Of a stretch of DNA of 64,000 nucleotides, positions 10,651-19,684 are shown one piece after another. Source of the stretch: an uncultured Clostridia bacterium (GTDB taxonomy: Bacteria; Bacillota; Clostridia; Christensenellales; Borkfalkiaceae); contig CALVWI010000010.1 in assembly GCA_944367045.1 (NCBI GenBank), positions 5,927 to 69,926 of the forward strand. The letters are read 5' to 3'. A program made the position numbers and the translations under genes. The notes beneath the pieces were generated by a model that worked only from the letters and a program-made list of their open reading frames with translations, was not told where the DNA came from and did no database searches. Positions within the stretch are counted from its first letter, which is position 1; each line of letters begins with the position of its first letter.

Positions 10651-10824
10651 CATTACTCTACTCTCAGTGGAGCCATAAATCTCAACGATAGACTGCTCAC
10701 CAAAATAGATAGAGAAGTGCTTACCAAAAATAGGTTGTAGTTTGCTTCGGAACAGGGTAAACTAATAGAAAAAGGCGGAACGCGAGGCATCGCTTGTCCG
10801 CCCTTATCATTTGGGAGGTGCTAT

Positions 10825-11763
10825 ATGGCTTCTTTTGAGATCATCGTCGATTCCGCGGCTAACATTCCCGCCGCACTCCGCAGGGAACACAATATTTCCG
10901 TTATCCCCTATCATTACCTCGTTGACGGCGAGGAGCGGCTCTGCTTTGATGAGAATGTCCCCTTTGAAGAGACCGCAAAGCAACTCTATGACGACATGCG
11001 CGCGGGCGCGGACGTCAAGACGTCCCTTCTCACCGAGGAGCATATCGAGGAGGCCCTTATCCCCACTCTCGATGCAGGCAAGGACATCTTCCTTCTCATC
11101 ATCTCCTCTGGTGTGAGCGGCACCTATCAGCAGGCTGTGAAGGCTGCCGAGGAACTTCAAAAGCGTTACCCCGGTCGCAGGATCGAGGTCATTGACAGCA
11201 AGAACGCCTCCATGGGTGAGGGCACCATCGCGCTCCGTGTTGCCGACCTCCGCGACATGGGTGAGAGCCTCGAAGCCTGTGCTGAGTGGGCGCGCGAGAA
11301 CGCCTACAAGGTCAACAGCTATCTCACGGTGGGCGATCTCAAGTACCTCAAGCGCACGGGCCGCATTTCGACGACGCTCGCCATCGCCGGTACCCTTCTC
11401 AACATCAAGCCTGTCCTCCGCGCGGATGGCAGCACGAATGCCAAGATCGTCTTCGAGGGCCGCGAGCACGGCAGGAAGAAGGCTCTGATGGCGCTCGCGA
11501 AGAAGTACAAGGAGCGCGTCGACGACGTCAATGCTCCCGTCTTTATCACCCATGCGGACTGCGAGGAGGATGCGAACGCGCTCGCCGAGATGCTGCGCGG
11601 CCTGGGGGCTTCCAACATCGTCATCGAGTTCTACGACCTCTGCACGGGTTCGCACGTCGGGCCGGGCACGGTCGCCCTCTTCTTTACGGGCAAGGACAGA
11701 CGCCGCGATACGGGCGCTTCCGAACCCGCCCCCGCAGGCTCCCCCGTCCCCTCTTCCAATTGA
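10825..11763 (+). CDS. DegV-family fatty-acid-binding protein (second paralog, Pro/Ser-rich C-terminal tail)
   Basis: 312 aa. FEIIVDSAANIP...VIPYHYLVDGEE. GGGAGG RBS. Confidence 0.88.
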   Translation: MASFEIIVDSAANIPAALRREHNISVIPYHYLVDGEERLCFDENVPFEETAKQLYDDMRAGADVKTSLLTEEHIEEALIPTLDAGKDIFLLIISSGVSGTYQQAVKAAEELQKRYPGRRIEVIDSKNASMGEGTIALRVADLRDMGESLEACAEWARENAYKVNSYLTVGDLKYLKRTGRISTTLAIAGTLLNIKPVLRADGSTNAKIVFEGREHGRKKALMALAKKYKERVDDVNAPVFITHADCEEDANALAEMLRGLGASNIVIEFYDLCTGSHVGPGTVALFFTGKDRRRDTGASEPAPAGSPVPSSN

Positions 11764-11779
11764 ATTGAGACAAACGAAC

Positions 11780-11807
11780 GGCCGTCCCGACTCGGGGCGG
11801 CCTTTTT
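11780..11807 (+). terminator. intrinsic terminator after degV2
   Basis: GGCCGTCCC-gactc-GGGGCGGCC followed by TTTTT. Confidence 0.7.
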
Positions 11808-11863
11808 CCCGCTATACGGGAGCGAAATCTCGCTATACGGGAGAACAATGGAAGCGGTGAGCC

Positions 11864-11892
11864 TTGACTTTGCCCCAGTTCTCCTGTAAAAT
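11864..11892 (+). promoter_or_regulatory. sigma-A type promoter for the XRE-family gene
   Basis: TTGACT-N17-TAAAAT, 20 nt before the AAAGGAGG RBS. Confidence 0.6.
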
Positions 11893-11912
11893 GAGAGAAA
11901 AAGGAGGCAAAC

Positions 11913-12890
11913 ATGAACGAATTCGGAAATCACCTCTATGCGCTTCGGCGAGGAAAGGGAATGACGCAGCAAGAGCTTGCGGACCGCCTCGGCGTCACCA
12001 ACCGCACCATTTCCAAGTGGGAGACGGGCGAGACCTTCCCCGAGACGGCGCAGCTCGTCCCCCTTGCGGACGTGTTTGATATCACAGTCGATGAGCTGCT
12101 CCGCGGAAAAACGACGGCAAGTTCACACACAGATACACCGAATTTTAGTCAAAATATCCCCGAAAATAGCGCAAAAAGTGCTGACAGTGTGTCAGAAACG
12201 GTTGACAGTGTGTCAGAAAACATCGCCCCTTCTGAGAAAAGGTCAATTCCGCCCAAGATCGCGGTCGTCATTGCATCAGGTATCGGGATATTCCTCGTCG
12301 GTGTCATCGTGCTCATTATTTTATACACCTTTTGGAAGTCGCCATATGTGAGTGCAGTCGCGCTCGGCGTGCTGTTCGCTTGTGTGCTTGCAGGCGGGAG
12401 CCTGTGCATCTTCGGCGGTGTGACGACGGAGTTCGTTCCCCGTCTTAAGACGGATGACGACAGGCGGGCATTTTGTGCTTTCCGTCTTTTGCTGCTTATC
12501 GGGATCGGCGGGTTCTTGTTTGGTGCGGCGCTCTTTACCGAGGGTTGGCTCGTCTGCGCGTATGCCGATGTCCTGTCCATCGTCCTCATCTCGGTCGGCG
12601 GTGTGGTCGCGGCTGCGGGCATCGTCGTGCTCGTCTACGGCGGCATCGGGTGGGAGCGGCATCTGCAGCTTGCTCCCTATCTTCGCGGTGAGAACGAGAA
12701 AGTCACCGAACGGGAACGGAGGAAAAATGCGCTCTCCGAGAAGATCTGTGCCGTTATCATGATCCTCGCCATCATCGCCTATCTGCTCATGGGCGCGCTG
12801 GGCGATCTTTGGCACCCCGGATGGATCGTGTTCCCTGTCGCGGCGCTCCTCTGCGGCATCATCAGCGTCGTTTTAGAAAAGAAGAAGTGA
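11913..12890 (+). CDS. XRE-family HTH regulator fused to a multi-pass membrane domain
   Basis: N-terminus LRRGKGMTQQELADRLGVTNRTISKWETGETFP (Cro/C1 HTH). The C-terminal ~200 aa form several hydrophobic segments. Confidence 0.8.
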   Translation: MNEFGNHLYALRRGKGMTQQELADRLGVTNRTISKWETGETFPETAQLVPLADVFDITVDELLRGKTTASSHTDTPNFSQNIPENSAKSADSVSETVDSVSENIAPSEKRSIPPKIAVVIASGIGIFLVGVIVLIILYTFWKSPYVSAVALGVLFACVLAGGSLCIFGGVTTEFVPRLKTDDDRRAFCAFRLLLLIGIGGFLFGAALFTEGWLVCAYADVLSIVLISVGGVVAAAGIVVLVYGGIGWERHLQLAPYLRGENEKVTERERRKNALSEKICAVIMILAIIAYLLMGALGDLWHPGWIVFPVAALLCGIISVVLEKKK

Positions 12891-12923
12891 GCATTTCGCC
12901 TGCGGCGATTCGATATAAAATAA

Positions 12924-12949
12924 AAAGGAAGGGCGGGTACCCTTCCTTT
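12924..12949. terminator. bidirectional terminator between the XRE gene and metK
   Basis: AAAGGAAGGG-cgggta-CCCTTCCTTT perfect 10-bp stem with A/T runs on both sides. Confidence 0.65.
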
Positions 12950-12953
12950 TCTG

Positions 12954-14117
12954 TTACTTGAGATACTTTTTTAAGTCCTCGGCGCGGTCGGTCTTTTCCC
13001 AAGGGAATTCGGGTCTTCCGAAGTGACCGTAAGCCGCGGTCTCCGCGTAGATGGGACGGCGCAGACCGAGCGCTTCGATGATGGCCGCGGGGCGGAGATC
13101 GAACTCTTTCTTGACGACTTCCGCGAGGGTCTCGTCGTCGAGCTTGCCCGTGCCGAAGGTGTCGACGAACACCGAGACGGGGCGCGCCACGCCGATGGCA
13201 TAGGCGACCTGCAGCTCCATCTCGTCCGCAAGACCGCTCGCAACGACGTTCTTGCAGATATAGCGTGCCATGTATGTCGCGCTGCGGTCCACCTTTGTGG
13301 GGTCCTTGCCCGAGAATGCGCCGCCGCCGTGAGGGCATCTGCCGCCGTAGGTGTCGACGACGATCTTTCTGCCTGTGAGGCCGCTGTCTCCCTCGGGTCC
13401 GCCGATCTCGAACCGCCCCGTCGGGTTGATGAGGTACTTGGTGTTCTCGTCGAGAAGGCCCGCGGGAATGACCGCCTTGATGACGTATTCCTTCATGTCG
13501 GCAGCGATTTGCTCCTGCGAGACGTCGGGGTCGTGCTGGGTGGAGAGCACGATGGTATCCACGCGCACGGGCGTCTTGCCCTCGTATTCGACGGTGACCT
13601 GCGTCTTGCCGTCCGGACGAAGGTAGGAGAGCGTGCCGTTTCTTCTCAACTCGGAGAGCTTTCTTGCGAGCTTATGGGCGAGCATGATGGGGAGCGGCAT
13701 GAGCTCCTCCGTCTCCCTGCACGCATAGCCGAACATCATGCCCTGATCGCCCGCGCCGATGCGGTCGTAGGCGTCCCCGCCCGTCTTATCCTCGAGGGAG
13801 GAATCGACGCCGAGGGCGATGTCGGGAGACTGCCCGTGTACGAGCTCGATGATCTTGCACTTGTCATAGGCGAAATCGCCCGTCGTATAGCCGATGTCGC
13901 GGATGACCTTGCGCGCAATGGCGGAATAATCGACGTGAGCGCGGCTCGTCACCTCGCCTGTGATGAACAGCGTATTGTATGCAGCGCAGCATTCCACGGC
14001 CGCGCGCGTGTTCTCATCTCCCTTGATGAGCTCATCCAAAATGGTGTCCGCAATGCGGTCGCACACCTTGTCGGGATGCCCTTCCGTGACGCTCTCGCTC
14101 GAAAAAAATCTTCTCAT
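12954..14117 (-). CDS. metK: S-adenosylmethionine synthetase
   Basis: 387 aa. [16 protein letters not shown]..., [28 protein letters not shown]. Confidence 0.97.
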   Translation of the reverse strand: MRRFFSSESVTEGHPDKVCDRIADTILDELIKGDENTRAAVECCAAYNTLFITGEVTSRAHVDYSAIARKVIRDIGYTTGDFAYDKCKIIELVHGQSPDIALGVDSSLEDKTGGDAYDRIGAGDQGMMFGYACRETEELMPLPIMLAHKLARKLSELRRNGTLSYLRPDGKTQVTVEYEGKTPVRVDTIVLSTQHDPDVSQEQIAADMKEYVIKAVIPAGLLDENTKYLINPTGRFEIGGPEGDSGLTGRKIVVDTYGGRCPHGGGAFSGKDPTKVDRSATYMARYICKNVVASGLADEMELQVAYAIGVARPVSVFVDTFGTGKLDDETLAEVVKKEFDLRPAAIIEALGLRRPIYAETAAYGHFGRPEFPWEKTDRAEDLKKYLK

Positions 14118-14153
14118 GTTACTCGTATTTCCTTCAAATCGTTTTACTTATCG

Positions 14154-14182
14154 ATTATAAGCGTGCGCGCGCGAAAAGTCAA
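14154..14182 (-). promoter_or_regulatory. sigma-A type promoter for metK
   Basis: Minus strand TTGACT-N17-TATAAT, ~35-nt leader. The leader is too short for a SAM riboswitch. Confidence 0.6.
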
Positions 14183-14210
14183 CTAATTGTGTTTGCTTTT
14201 GCAAAGGAAG

Positions 14211-14239
14211 TTGCTTTTTACGGGAGAAGATGATATAAT
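14211..14239 (+). promoter_or_regulatory. promoter placed for a leaderless radical-SAM transcript
   Basis: TTGCTT-N17-TATAAT, then 6 nt (cgcctc) and ATG 14246. No Shine-Dalgarno. Confidence 0.5.
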
Positions 14240-14245
14240 CGCCTC

Positions 14246-15100
14246 ATGGAATGCAGGCTTTGCCCCGTCATGTGCGGGGCGGACAGAGACAAGACTCCCG
14301 GGCGCTGCGGCGTCAGGGGGCTCACCGTGGCAAAGTACTATCTTCACCCCTTCGAGGAGCCGCCCATCTCCCACAAGAACGGGAGCGGGACGGTCTTTTT
14401 CGGCGGGTGTTCCTTAAGGTGCGTCTTCTGCCAGAATTACGAAGTCTCGCGTTCGAAGCGCGGCAAGGCGGTGACGCCTACGGAGCTTTCAAAAATCTTC
14501 GAAGAGCTCGAAGGGATGGGCGCGGACAACATCAATCTTGTCACGCCCGACCACGTCTCCGACCTCATCGCGGAAGCGCTCGCCTACCGCAAGCCGAAGG
14601 TTCCCGTCGTCTACAATTCGAGCGGCTATGCCCTGCTTCCCGCTCTCGAACGCATCGCGCCCTACATCGACGTGTATCTGCCCGATCTCAAATTCTGCTC
14701 CCCTGCCCTCTCCGAGCGCTATACGGGGCGGCGTGACTACTTCGAGCGGGCGAGCGAGGCCGTCGCTTTCATGGCGAAAAAGCCCGTCCTTTATGACGAG
14801 AGCGGCAAGATGCTCTCGGGTTGCATCGTAAGGCATCTTGTCCTGCCGATGTGCACGTCGGACTCCCTAAAAGTTTTGGATTTTTTGAAGGGAGTTCTTC
14901 CCGAGGAAGTGCCGCTCTCCATCATGCGGCAATATACGCCGATGGGCGACATCGAGGGCTTTCCCGAACTTGCCCGCCCCATCACGGCGCGTGAATATCA
15001 CCGCGTTCTCGACTATGCGGAGAGCCTCGGCTTTGCGACCATCTTCACGCAGGAGAAGGAAAGCGCCGAGAAAGCGTTCATCCCCGTTTGGGATTTTTAA
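14246..15100 (+). CDS. radical SAM protein, PflX-like (pyruvate formate-lyase activase homolog family)
   Basis: 284 aa. N-terminal CxxCxxxC...C cluster, then GCSLRCVFCQNY radical-SAM CX3CX2C motif. Confidence 0.85.
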   Translation: MECRLCPVMCGADRDKTPGRCGVRGLTVAKYYLHPFEEPPISHKNGSGTVFFGGCSLRCVFCQNYEVSRSKRGKAVTPTELSKIFEELEGMGADNINLVTPDHVSDLIAEALAYRKPKVPVVYNSSGYALLPALERIAPYIDVYLPDLKFCSPALSERYTGRRDYFERASEAVAFMAKKPVLYDESGKMLSGCIVRHLVLPMCTSDSLKVLDFLKGVLPEEVPLSIMRQYTPMGDIEGFPELARPITAREYHRVLDYAESLGFATIFTQEKESAEKAFIPVWDF

Positions 15101-15289
15101 ACGATTTTCGGGCATGTTGGGGCGGCGCTATTTTTGGCGGACAAGCCGCAGTTTGAGCTTTACGAGCCGCTTCGTCCATTTGGCGCACTGATTTGGAGGG
15201 GCGCACCGGAGCGCATCCTCCGCCCTTCTCACGGCGCGCAGCACATCTTGTTCCTTCATTTTATCAGCATTTCTCATACGGAGAAAAGT

Positions 15290-17155
15290 ATGCTCGTCAA
15301 TTTTGAAAACGTCTCATTTGCCTACCGCGACGTCCCCATTCTGCAGGACGTCAGTTTTTCGCTGCATGAAAACGAGAGCGTCGGGTTCATCGGCGGCAAC
15401 GGCGAGGGCAAGACCACCCTTTTGAAGCTCCTCCTTGGAGAACTCACGCCCGACGAGGGCACCGTCTTTACCAAAAACAACCTGAAAGTCGGCTATCTCC
15501 CTCAAAACGGCGGGCTGGAGTCGGAAGGCACCGTGTACGCCGCCATGAGCGAGGTCTTTGAGGAGGATCGCCGTCTCATCGCCCGCCTGGAACGCGCGCA
15601 GACGGCGTTTTCTGCTGCCGATGAACGTGAGCGCGTTGCCCTCTCCTCTGAATTGGAAAGTTTACAGAGGCGCATCGATGCGCGCGACAGCTATCACGTC
15701 GACGTGCGCATCCGCACCGTCCTCAACGGCATGGGGTTTGAGAGCATGTACGACCAGGTCGTTTCCACGATGTCGGGCGGGGAAAAGACGCGGCTGAAAC
15801 TGTGCCGTCTCCTTCTCGAAGAGCCCGAACTTCTCATTCTCGACGAACCGACCAACCACCTTGACATCAAGACGCTCTTTTGGCTTGAGGACTATTTAAG
15901 CTCCTATAAGGGGGCGATGCTCATCGTCTCGCACGACAGATACTTCCTCGACCGCCTGACGACGCGGACGCTGGAGCTCGAGCGCGGGCGCGTCCTCTCC
16001 TTCAAGGGAAATTACAGTAAGTATAAAGTTTTGAAGGACGAGCTCTTGAAGCAGCAGTGGCGCGAGTATGAGAAGCAGCAGGAGGAGATCGCGAAACTCC
16101 AGGACTACATCGACCGCAACATCGTGCGTGCGACGACCGCCAAGAGCGCGCTCTCGCGCGTCAATCAGTTGGAACGCATGGAGAAGCTGGAGCGGCCCAC
16201 CCCTCCTCCAAAGCCGCCGCGGTTCGTGTTTGAATACGATACGCAGCCGTATGAACGCGTCGTCGAGGCGCACAATTTCGAGCTCTCCGTCGACGGAAAG
16301 GTGCTTATCCGAAATGGCGATTTTACCCTCCTTCGCGGTGAGAAATGCGCCCTCACGGGTGAGAACGGCACGGGCAAGACGACGCTTTTGAAGTACCTTC
16401 TCACCCCCGACGGAAAGGTGCAGCACGCGAAGTTCGTGAAGATCGGCTACTACGATCAGGAGAACGCCGATCTCGACCCCGAGGAGCGCGTGCTCGACGC
16501 ATTTTGGGGCAAGAATACGCTGATGTCGCAGACGGATGCGCGAAAGCTCCTCGCGCAGGCGGGCATCGAGGCGGACGACGTCGGCAAGAAGGTCAAGGAA
16601 CTCTCGGGCGGGCTGCGCGCGAAACTCGAACTCGCCATTTTGGAGAGCCGCCGCGGAAACGTCCTCTTTCTGGACGAACCGACCAACCATCTCGACCTTC
16701 CAGCGCGTGAGGCACTCGAGGAGGCGCTCAAAAACTTCGACGGAACAATTCTGTTTGTCTCTCACGACCGCCGCTTCATCGAGGCTATCGCGGGTAAGAT
16801 CGCACTCATTGAGGACAATGAACTCACTCTCTTTACGGGCAGCTATCAGGAGTTTTTGGAGCGTAAAAGCGCGGAGAAAAAACCGGCGCCCGTCAAGGAG
16901 AAGCAGGAACCCAAGGAAAAGAGCGTGCAGGGTTACCGCTCCAAGGAGGACCGCGCACGCGAAGCGAAACGCAAACAGCGCACCAAGGAGATCGAACAGC
17001 GGCTCGAGGCGCTCGAAGCGGAGGAAGTCTCTCTCAACGAGGAACTAGCCTCCCGCGCCGCCGATTACAATGCCGTGCGTGAGATCACCGCAAAGCTGGA
17101 AGCGCTCCGCCAAGAATCGGATAATTTATACGAAGAGTACGAAACGCTCATTTAA
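15290..17155 (+). CDS. ABC-F family ATPase (two ABC domains, K/E-rich coiled-coil C-terminal extension; Uup/YdiF-like)
   Basis: ORF 15134..17155. Two Walker A sites (GGNGEGKTT, GENGTGKTT) and two LSGG signatures, no TM domain. Start set at ATG 15290 after GGAGAA. Confidence 0.88.
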   Translation: MLVNFENVSFAYRDVPILQDVSFSLHENESVGFIGGNGEGKTTLLKLLLGELTPDEGTVFTKNNLKVGYLPQNGGLESEGTVYAAMSEVFEEDRRLIARLERAQTAFSAADERERVALSSELESLQRRIDARDSYHVDVRIRTVLNGMGFESMYDQVVSTMSGGEKTRLKLCRLLLEEPELLILDEPTNHLDIKTLFWLEDYLSSYKGAMLIVSHDRYFLDRLTTRTLELERGRVLSFKGNYSKYKVLKDELLKQQWREYEKQQEEIAKLQDYIDRNIVRATTAKSALSRVNQLERMEKLERPTPPPKPPRFVFEYDTQPYERVVEAHNFELSVDGKVLIRNGDFTLLRGEKCALTGENGTGKTTLLKYLLTPDGKVQHAKFVKIGYYDQENADLDPEERVLDAFWGKNTLMSQTDARKLLAQAGIEADDVGKKVKELSGGLRAKLELAILESRRGNVLFLDEPTNHLDLPAREALEEALKNFDGTILFVSHDRRFIEAIAGKIALIEDNELTLFTGSYQEFLERKSAEKKPAPVKEKQEPKEKSVQGYRSKEDRAREAKRKQRTKEIEQRLEALEAEEVSLNEELASRAADYNAVREITAKLEALRQESDNLYEEYETLI

Positions 17156-17234
17156 TTACGGTGCATAGATGGTATTATGTCTGACATAGTACTATGCAAA
17201 ACGCCGAAAAATGCGATTTCGATATAAAAAATAA

Positions 17235-17266
17235 GGACTGCAAGCAACTTGCAGCCCTCTTTTTTG
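17235..17266 (+). terminator. intrinsic terminator after the ABC-F gene
   Basis: CTGCAAG-caa-CTTGCAG then CCCTCTTTTTT. Confidence 0.6.
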
Positions 17267-17271
17267 TGAAG

Positions 17272-18417
17272 TTAGTCCTCTGTCGTCTCCATGGACGCAA
17301 GGCCGAAGGAGATCTGCAGGAGAATGGGATCCATCTGCGTGGGAGCCAGTTGGATGAGTTTGGTGTCGTTTTCGATGACCGCCATGCCCATGCTCCAGCC
17401 CGCCTGATGGATGCGGGAGTCATACGAGACGAGCATCGGGACTTGCTCCCAAGGCCCCTCTCCGAGGTTGTAGTTGACGAGGAAGTTACCTGGGTCTCGG
17501 AGCCCTAACCAGCCGCTGTCGCGCTTGCCGCTCAAGATGATGGTGCCGTTGGGACCGCCGTTCTTCGTCCAAAGGCAATACGGCATGCTGCCGACGAACT
17601 TGCCTTCCTTCGTCTCGGGGCGGGTCCCCCACGAGGCGGGATCGCCGAAGTCCATGCCGTCGTCACTCATCTTGAAGTGGACGTCGCAGTCGGGCTCGCC
17701 GACGATCTCATAGCACATGAAGTACTTGCCGTTGGGAAGCTGCGTCACGATCGCCATGCCGGGGCGGTGAACGCCGTCTGGAATGGCGACGACGAGCTTC
17801 TCCTCTCCCCACGTCTTGCCGCCGTCCTTCGAGCTGATGACGGCGAGCGTCTGATTGAAGCGCCTGTCGGTGTGAGGGCGCTCGTCGGTGAAGACGATGG
17901 TAATGTCGCCCTCCTTGTTGAGGTAGATGAAGGGCTCCCAAACGGGGCCGAGCTCTTCCCAGTTCTGCTCGACGGGCGGGCCGCCGATGGCGTAGCTGGA
18001 GCGGTACTCCCACGTTCTGCCGTGGTCGCGGCTGATGTAGAGCTGGAGTTCGGTCGCGTGGAAGTCGAGCGGAACGGAGTTGCCCGAGAAGAGCAGCGTG
18101 CCTGCGGGCAGGTCGTCGCACTGCTTGGGAAGTTCGAAGAGGACGGGCTGGAATCGGATCCCCCAGCCGTTCTTGGTGTCCGCCATGTCCGAGCGGTGCG
18201 ACCACGTCTTGCCGCCGTCCGTGCTCTCGTAGATGGGCGAGACGGGCGGTTCCTTCAGGGTCGAGTGATCGAACGTCGCAAGCAGGGTGCCGTTCTCTTC
18301 GCCAGCGTAGTGGAGCTCGATGACGCGAGGATAGAGCACGCCGCCGCCGGGATAGACTTCCTCTTTGCGAGGAGCCATCACAACGCCGAAGAACTCTTTG
18401 TTGAGTTTTAATGCCAT
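17272..18417 (-). CDS. BNR/Asp-box repeat beta-propeller protein (sialidase-superfamily glycoside-hydrolase-like), no signal peptide
   Basis: Three SxDxGxTW boxes (STDGGKTWS, SRDHGRTWE, SKDGGKTWG). Start set at ATG 18417 after GGGGGA. Substrate not inferable. Confidence 0.6.
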   Translation of the reverse strand: MALKLNKEFFGVVMAPRKEEVYPGGGVLYPRVIELHYAGEENGTLLATFDHSTLKEPPVSPIYESTDGGKTWSHRSDMADTKNGWGIRFQPVLFELPKQCDDLPAGTLLFSGNSVPLDFHATELQLYISRDHGRTWEYRSSYAIGGPPVEQNWEELGPVWEPFIYLNKEGDITIVFTDERPHTDRRFNQTLAVISSKDGGKTWGEEKLVVAIPDGVHRPGMAIVTQLPNGKYFMCYEIVGEPDCDVHFKMSDDGMDFGDPASWGTRPETKEGKFVGSMPYCLWTKNGGPNGTIILSGKRDSGWLGLRDPGNFLVNYNLGEGPWEQVPMLVSYDSRIHQAGWSMGMAVIENDTKLIQLAPTQMDPILLQISFGLASMETTED

Positions 18418-18447
18418 GATTTTCCCCCTATCGTTTTTAATAAACCT

Positions 18448-18476
18448 ATTATAGCAAACGATGGCGCGAAAATCAA
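18448..18476 (-). promoter_or_regulatory. sigma-A type promoter for the BNR-repeat gene
   Basis: Minus strand TTGATT-N17-TATAAT. Confidence 0.5.
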
Positions 18477-18591
18477 TACCCTTCCTAAAATTTCCAAAGA
18501 TTTTTGTTTTTGATGCGCGCGGTGAGAGGTGGTTAAGACCCGTGATTTGATCTTCGGTTGGACGGTCCAAGCTCAACCAACAAATGCCATG

Positions 18592-18616
18592 AAAAAAGCA
18601 CCCTCGAAAGGGTGCT
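18592..18616 (-). terminator. intrinsic terminator directly after the displaced tRNA-Thr 3' fragment
   Basis: AGCACCCT-cgaa-AGGGTGCT with TTTTTT on the minus strand. Confidence 0.7.
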
Positions 18617-18623
18617 CATTTTC

Positions 18624-18648
18624 TGGAGCTACTGGCTGGACTTGAACC
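18624..18648 (-). repeat. attL-like 25-nt copy of the tRNA-Thr(CGU) 3' end
   Basis: tggagctactggCTggacttgaacc versus 20154-20178 tggagctactggCCggacttgaacc: 24/25 identical, same orientation. Confidence 0.8.
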
Positions 18649-18875
18649 TTTCGAAGATTTTTCAAATGGTCGTTTCGGCCTCACGAACGGGTGATTTTGA
18701 TGATTTTTCCTTTTTCGTGAGGGCTTTCCATGACCGTTAAAATCGTTCCCCAAAGTTCCCCCCAAATTAAGTGTTGATTGTGTGAGGCAAGCGGACCTGT
18801 ATAAAGGTCCGCTTGCGTCGTCTATTCGTCCGTACATTTGTCCGCACATCGCTTGTCTGTACATCTGTCCGTACA

Positions 18876-19382
18876 TCAACCGTTTTTCTTTTGGGAGCGC
18901 ATATAGAAGAAAATGCCCACGCCGATGCCGCCCGCAAAAAGGACAACGACGACCACGATCAGCGCAATCGCCCAACCGGGGAGAGAATCACCGTTCGCCG
19001 CGGGAAGGCCGTCATCGAACGTCGGCATATCGCTTTCGACATCATAGTATATAACATCCTGATGCCCGCATACGGTGCATTGCACATAGTCTTCTAAAAG
19101 CTCTCCATCCTCAGTAAACACGCTGCGAACGCTCCAATAGTCGTGGTCTCCAAGCCCTGTAACGTCCTTTTTATAATACTCCCCGCAGTCAGGGCAGTAA
19201 TAAAGAGAATAGCCTTCCTCAATGCACGTTGCCGGCCTTGTAACTATGAATATTCCGTTTTCATGCGTACAAACCTCTTCTGCACTTGCGAAGTGCGTCG
19301 TCCCGGACGGAACGAGGCAAGCAGCCACAAGACAAAGAGCGAGAAGAGCCGCCGCCCAACATTTTTGCAATCTCCAATTCAT
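18876..19382 (-). CDS. secreted Cys-rich protein with C-terminal membrane anchor (element cargo)
   Basis: 168 aa. Signal peptide WAAALLALCLVAACLV. CxH...C...CPDCG and CTVCG pairs. TM segment WAIALIVVVVVLFAGGIGVGIFFY plus a basic tail. Confidence 0.6.
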   Translation of the reverse strand: MNWRLQKCWAAALLALCLVAACLVPSGTTHFASAEEVCTHENGIFIVTRPATCIEEGYSLYYCPDCGEYYKKDVTGLGDHDYWSVRSVFTEDGELLEDYVQCTVCGHQDVIYYDVESDMPTFDDGLPAANGDSLPGWAIALIVVVVVLFAGGIGVGIFFYMRSQKKNG

Positions 19383-19486
19383 CTTTACACCTCATATATA
19401 TATATGCTTTATCCTATTCTACAACGCTTTCAGTATCTTGTCAAGACGCAAAATGCATATTGCCGGGCCATTTTCTCAAAGTGCTT

Positions 19487-19684
19487 TCAGCTTTGGGCTG
19501 CAATATCCTTTCGGATCAGCTCCTTGATGTAAGTGTTCACCGCTTCGACACTTTCGAGCTTCTCAATAATGTCTTTGTCGTGTTCGACGTGACATTTCAG
19601 ATGGTACCCTTTGAACCGCGCCTTTACTTCCGGTTTCGCTTCATAGCGAGCTTGCGCCCGCTTCAATGCCTCTGATTTTGCCAT
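19487..19684 (-). CDS. small basic helical protein, possible ribbon-helix-helix/Arc-like DNA binder (element cargo)
   Basis: 65 aa. MAKSEALKRAQARYEAKPEVKARFKGYHLK... The function call is by resemblance only. Confidence 0.45.
   Translation of the reverse strand: MAKSEALKRAQARYEAKPEVKARFKGYHLKCHVEHDKDIIEKLESVEAVNTYIKELIRKDIAAQS

Noticed and set aside
14118-14245. Expected SAM-I riboswitch upstream of metK.
   Set aside because: Only 128 bp separate metK from the divergent gene, and most of it is taken up by two back-to-back promoters. The metK leader is ~35 nt and has no S-box-like helices.
15134-15289. 52-codon in-frame N-terminal extension of the ABC-F gene. Similar upstream extensions occur at 6398, 42065, 47214, 58492, 61494 and 56715.
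   Set aside because: Each extension lacks an RBS, whereas an internal ATG/TTG with a GGAG-type RBS coincides with the family-typical N-terminus. The extensions reflect stop-poor GC-rich upstream sequence. The 15101-15289 leader is GC-rich and may fold, but I could not define a convincing attenuator.
18828-18876. Possible mini-CRISPR (four ~10-nt repeats).
   Set aside because: The repeat units are only 10 nt, the spacers are 2-5 nt, and there are no cas genes. This is not a CRISPR array.
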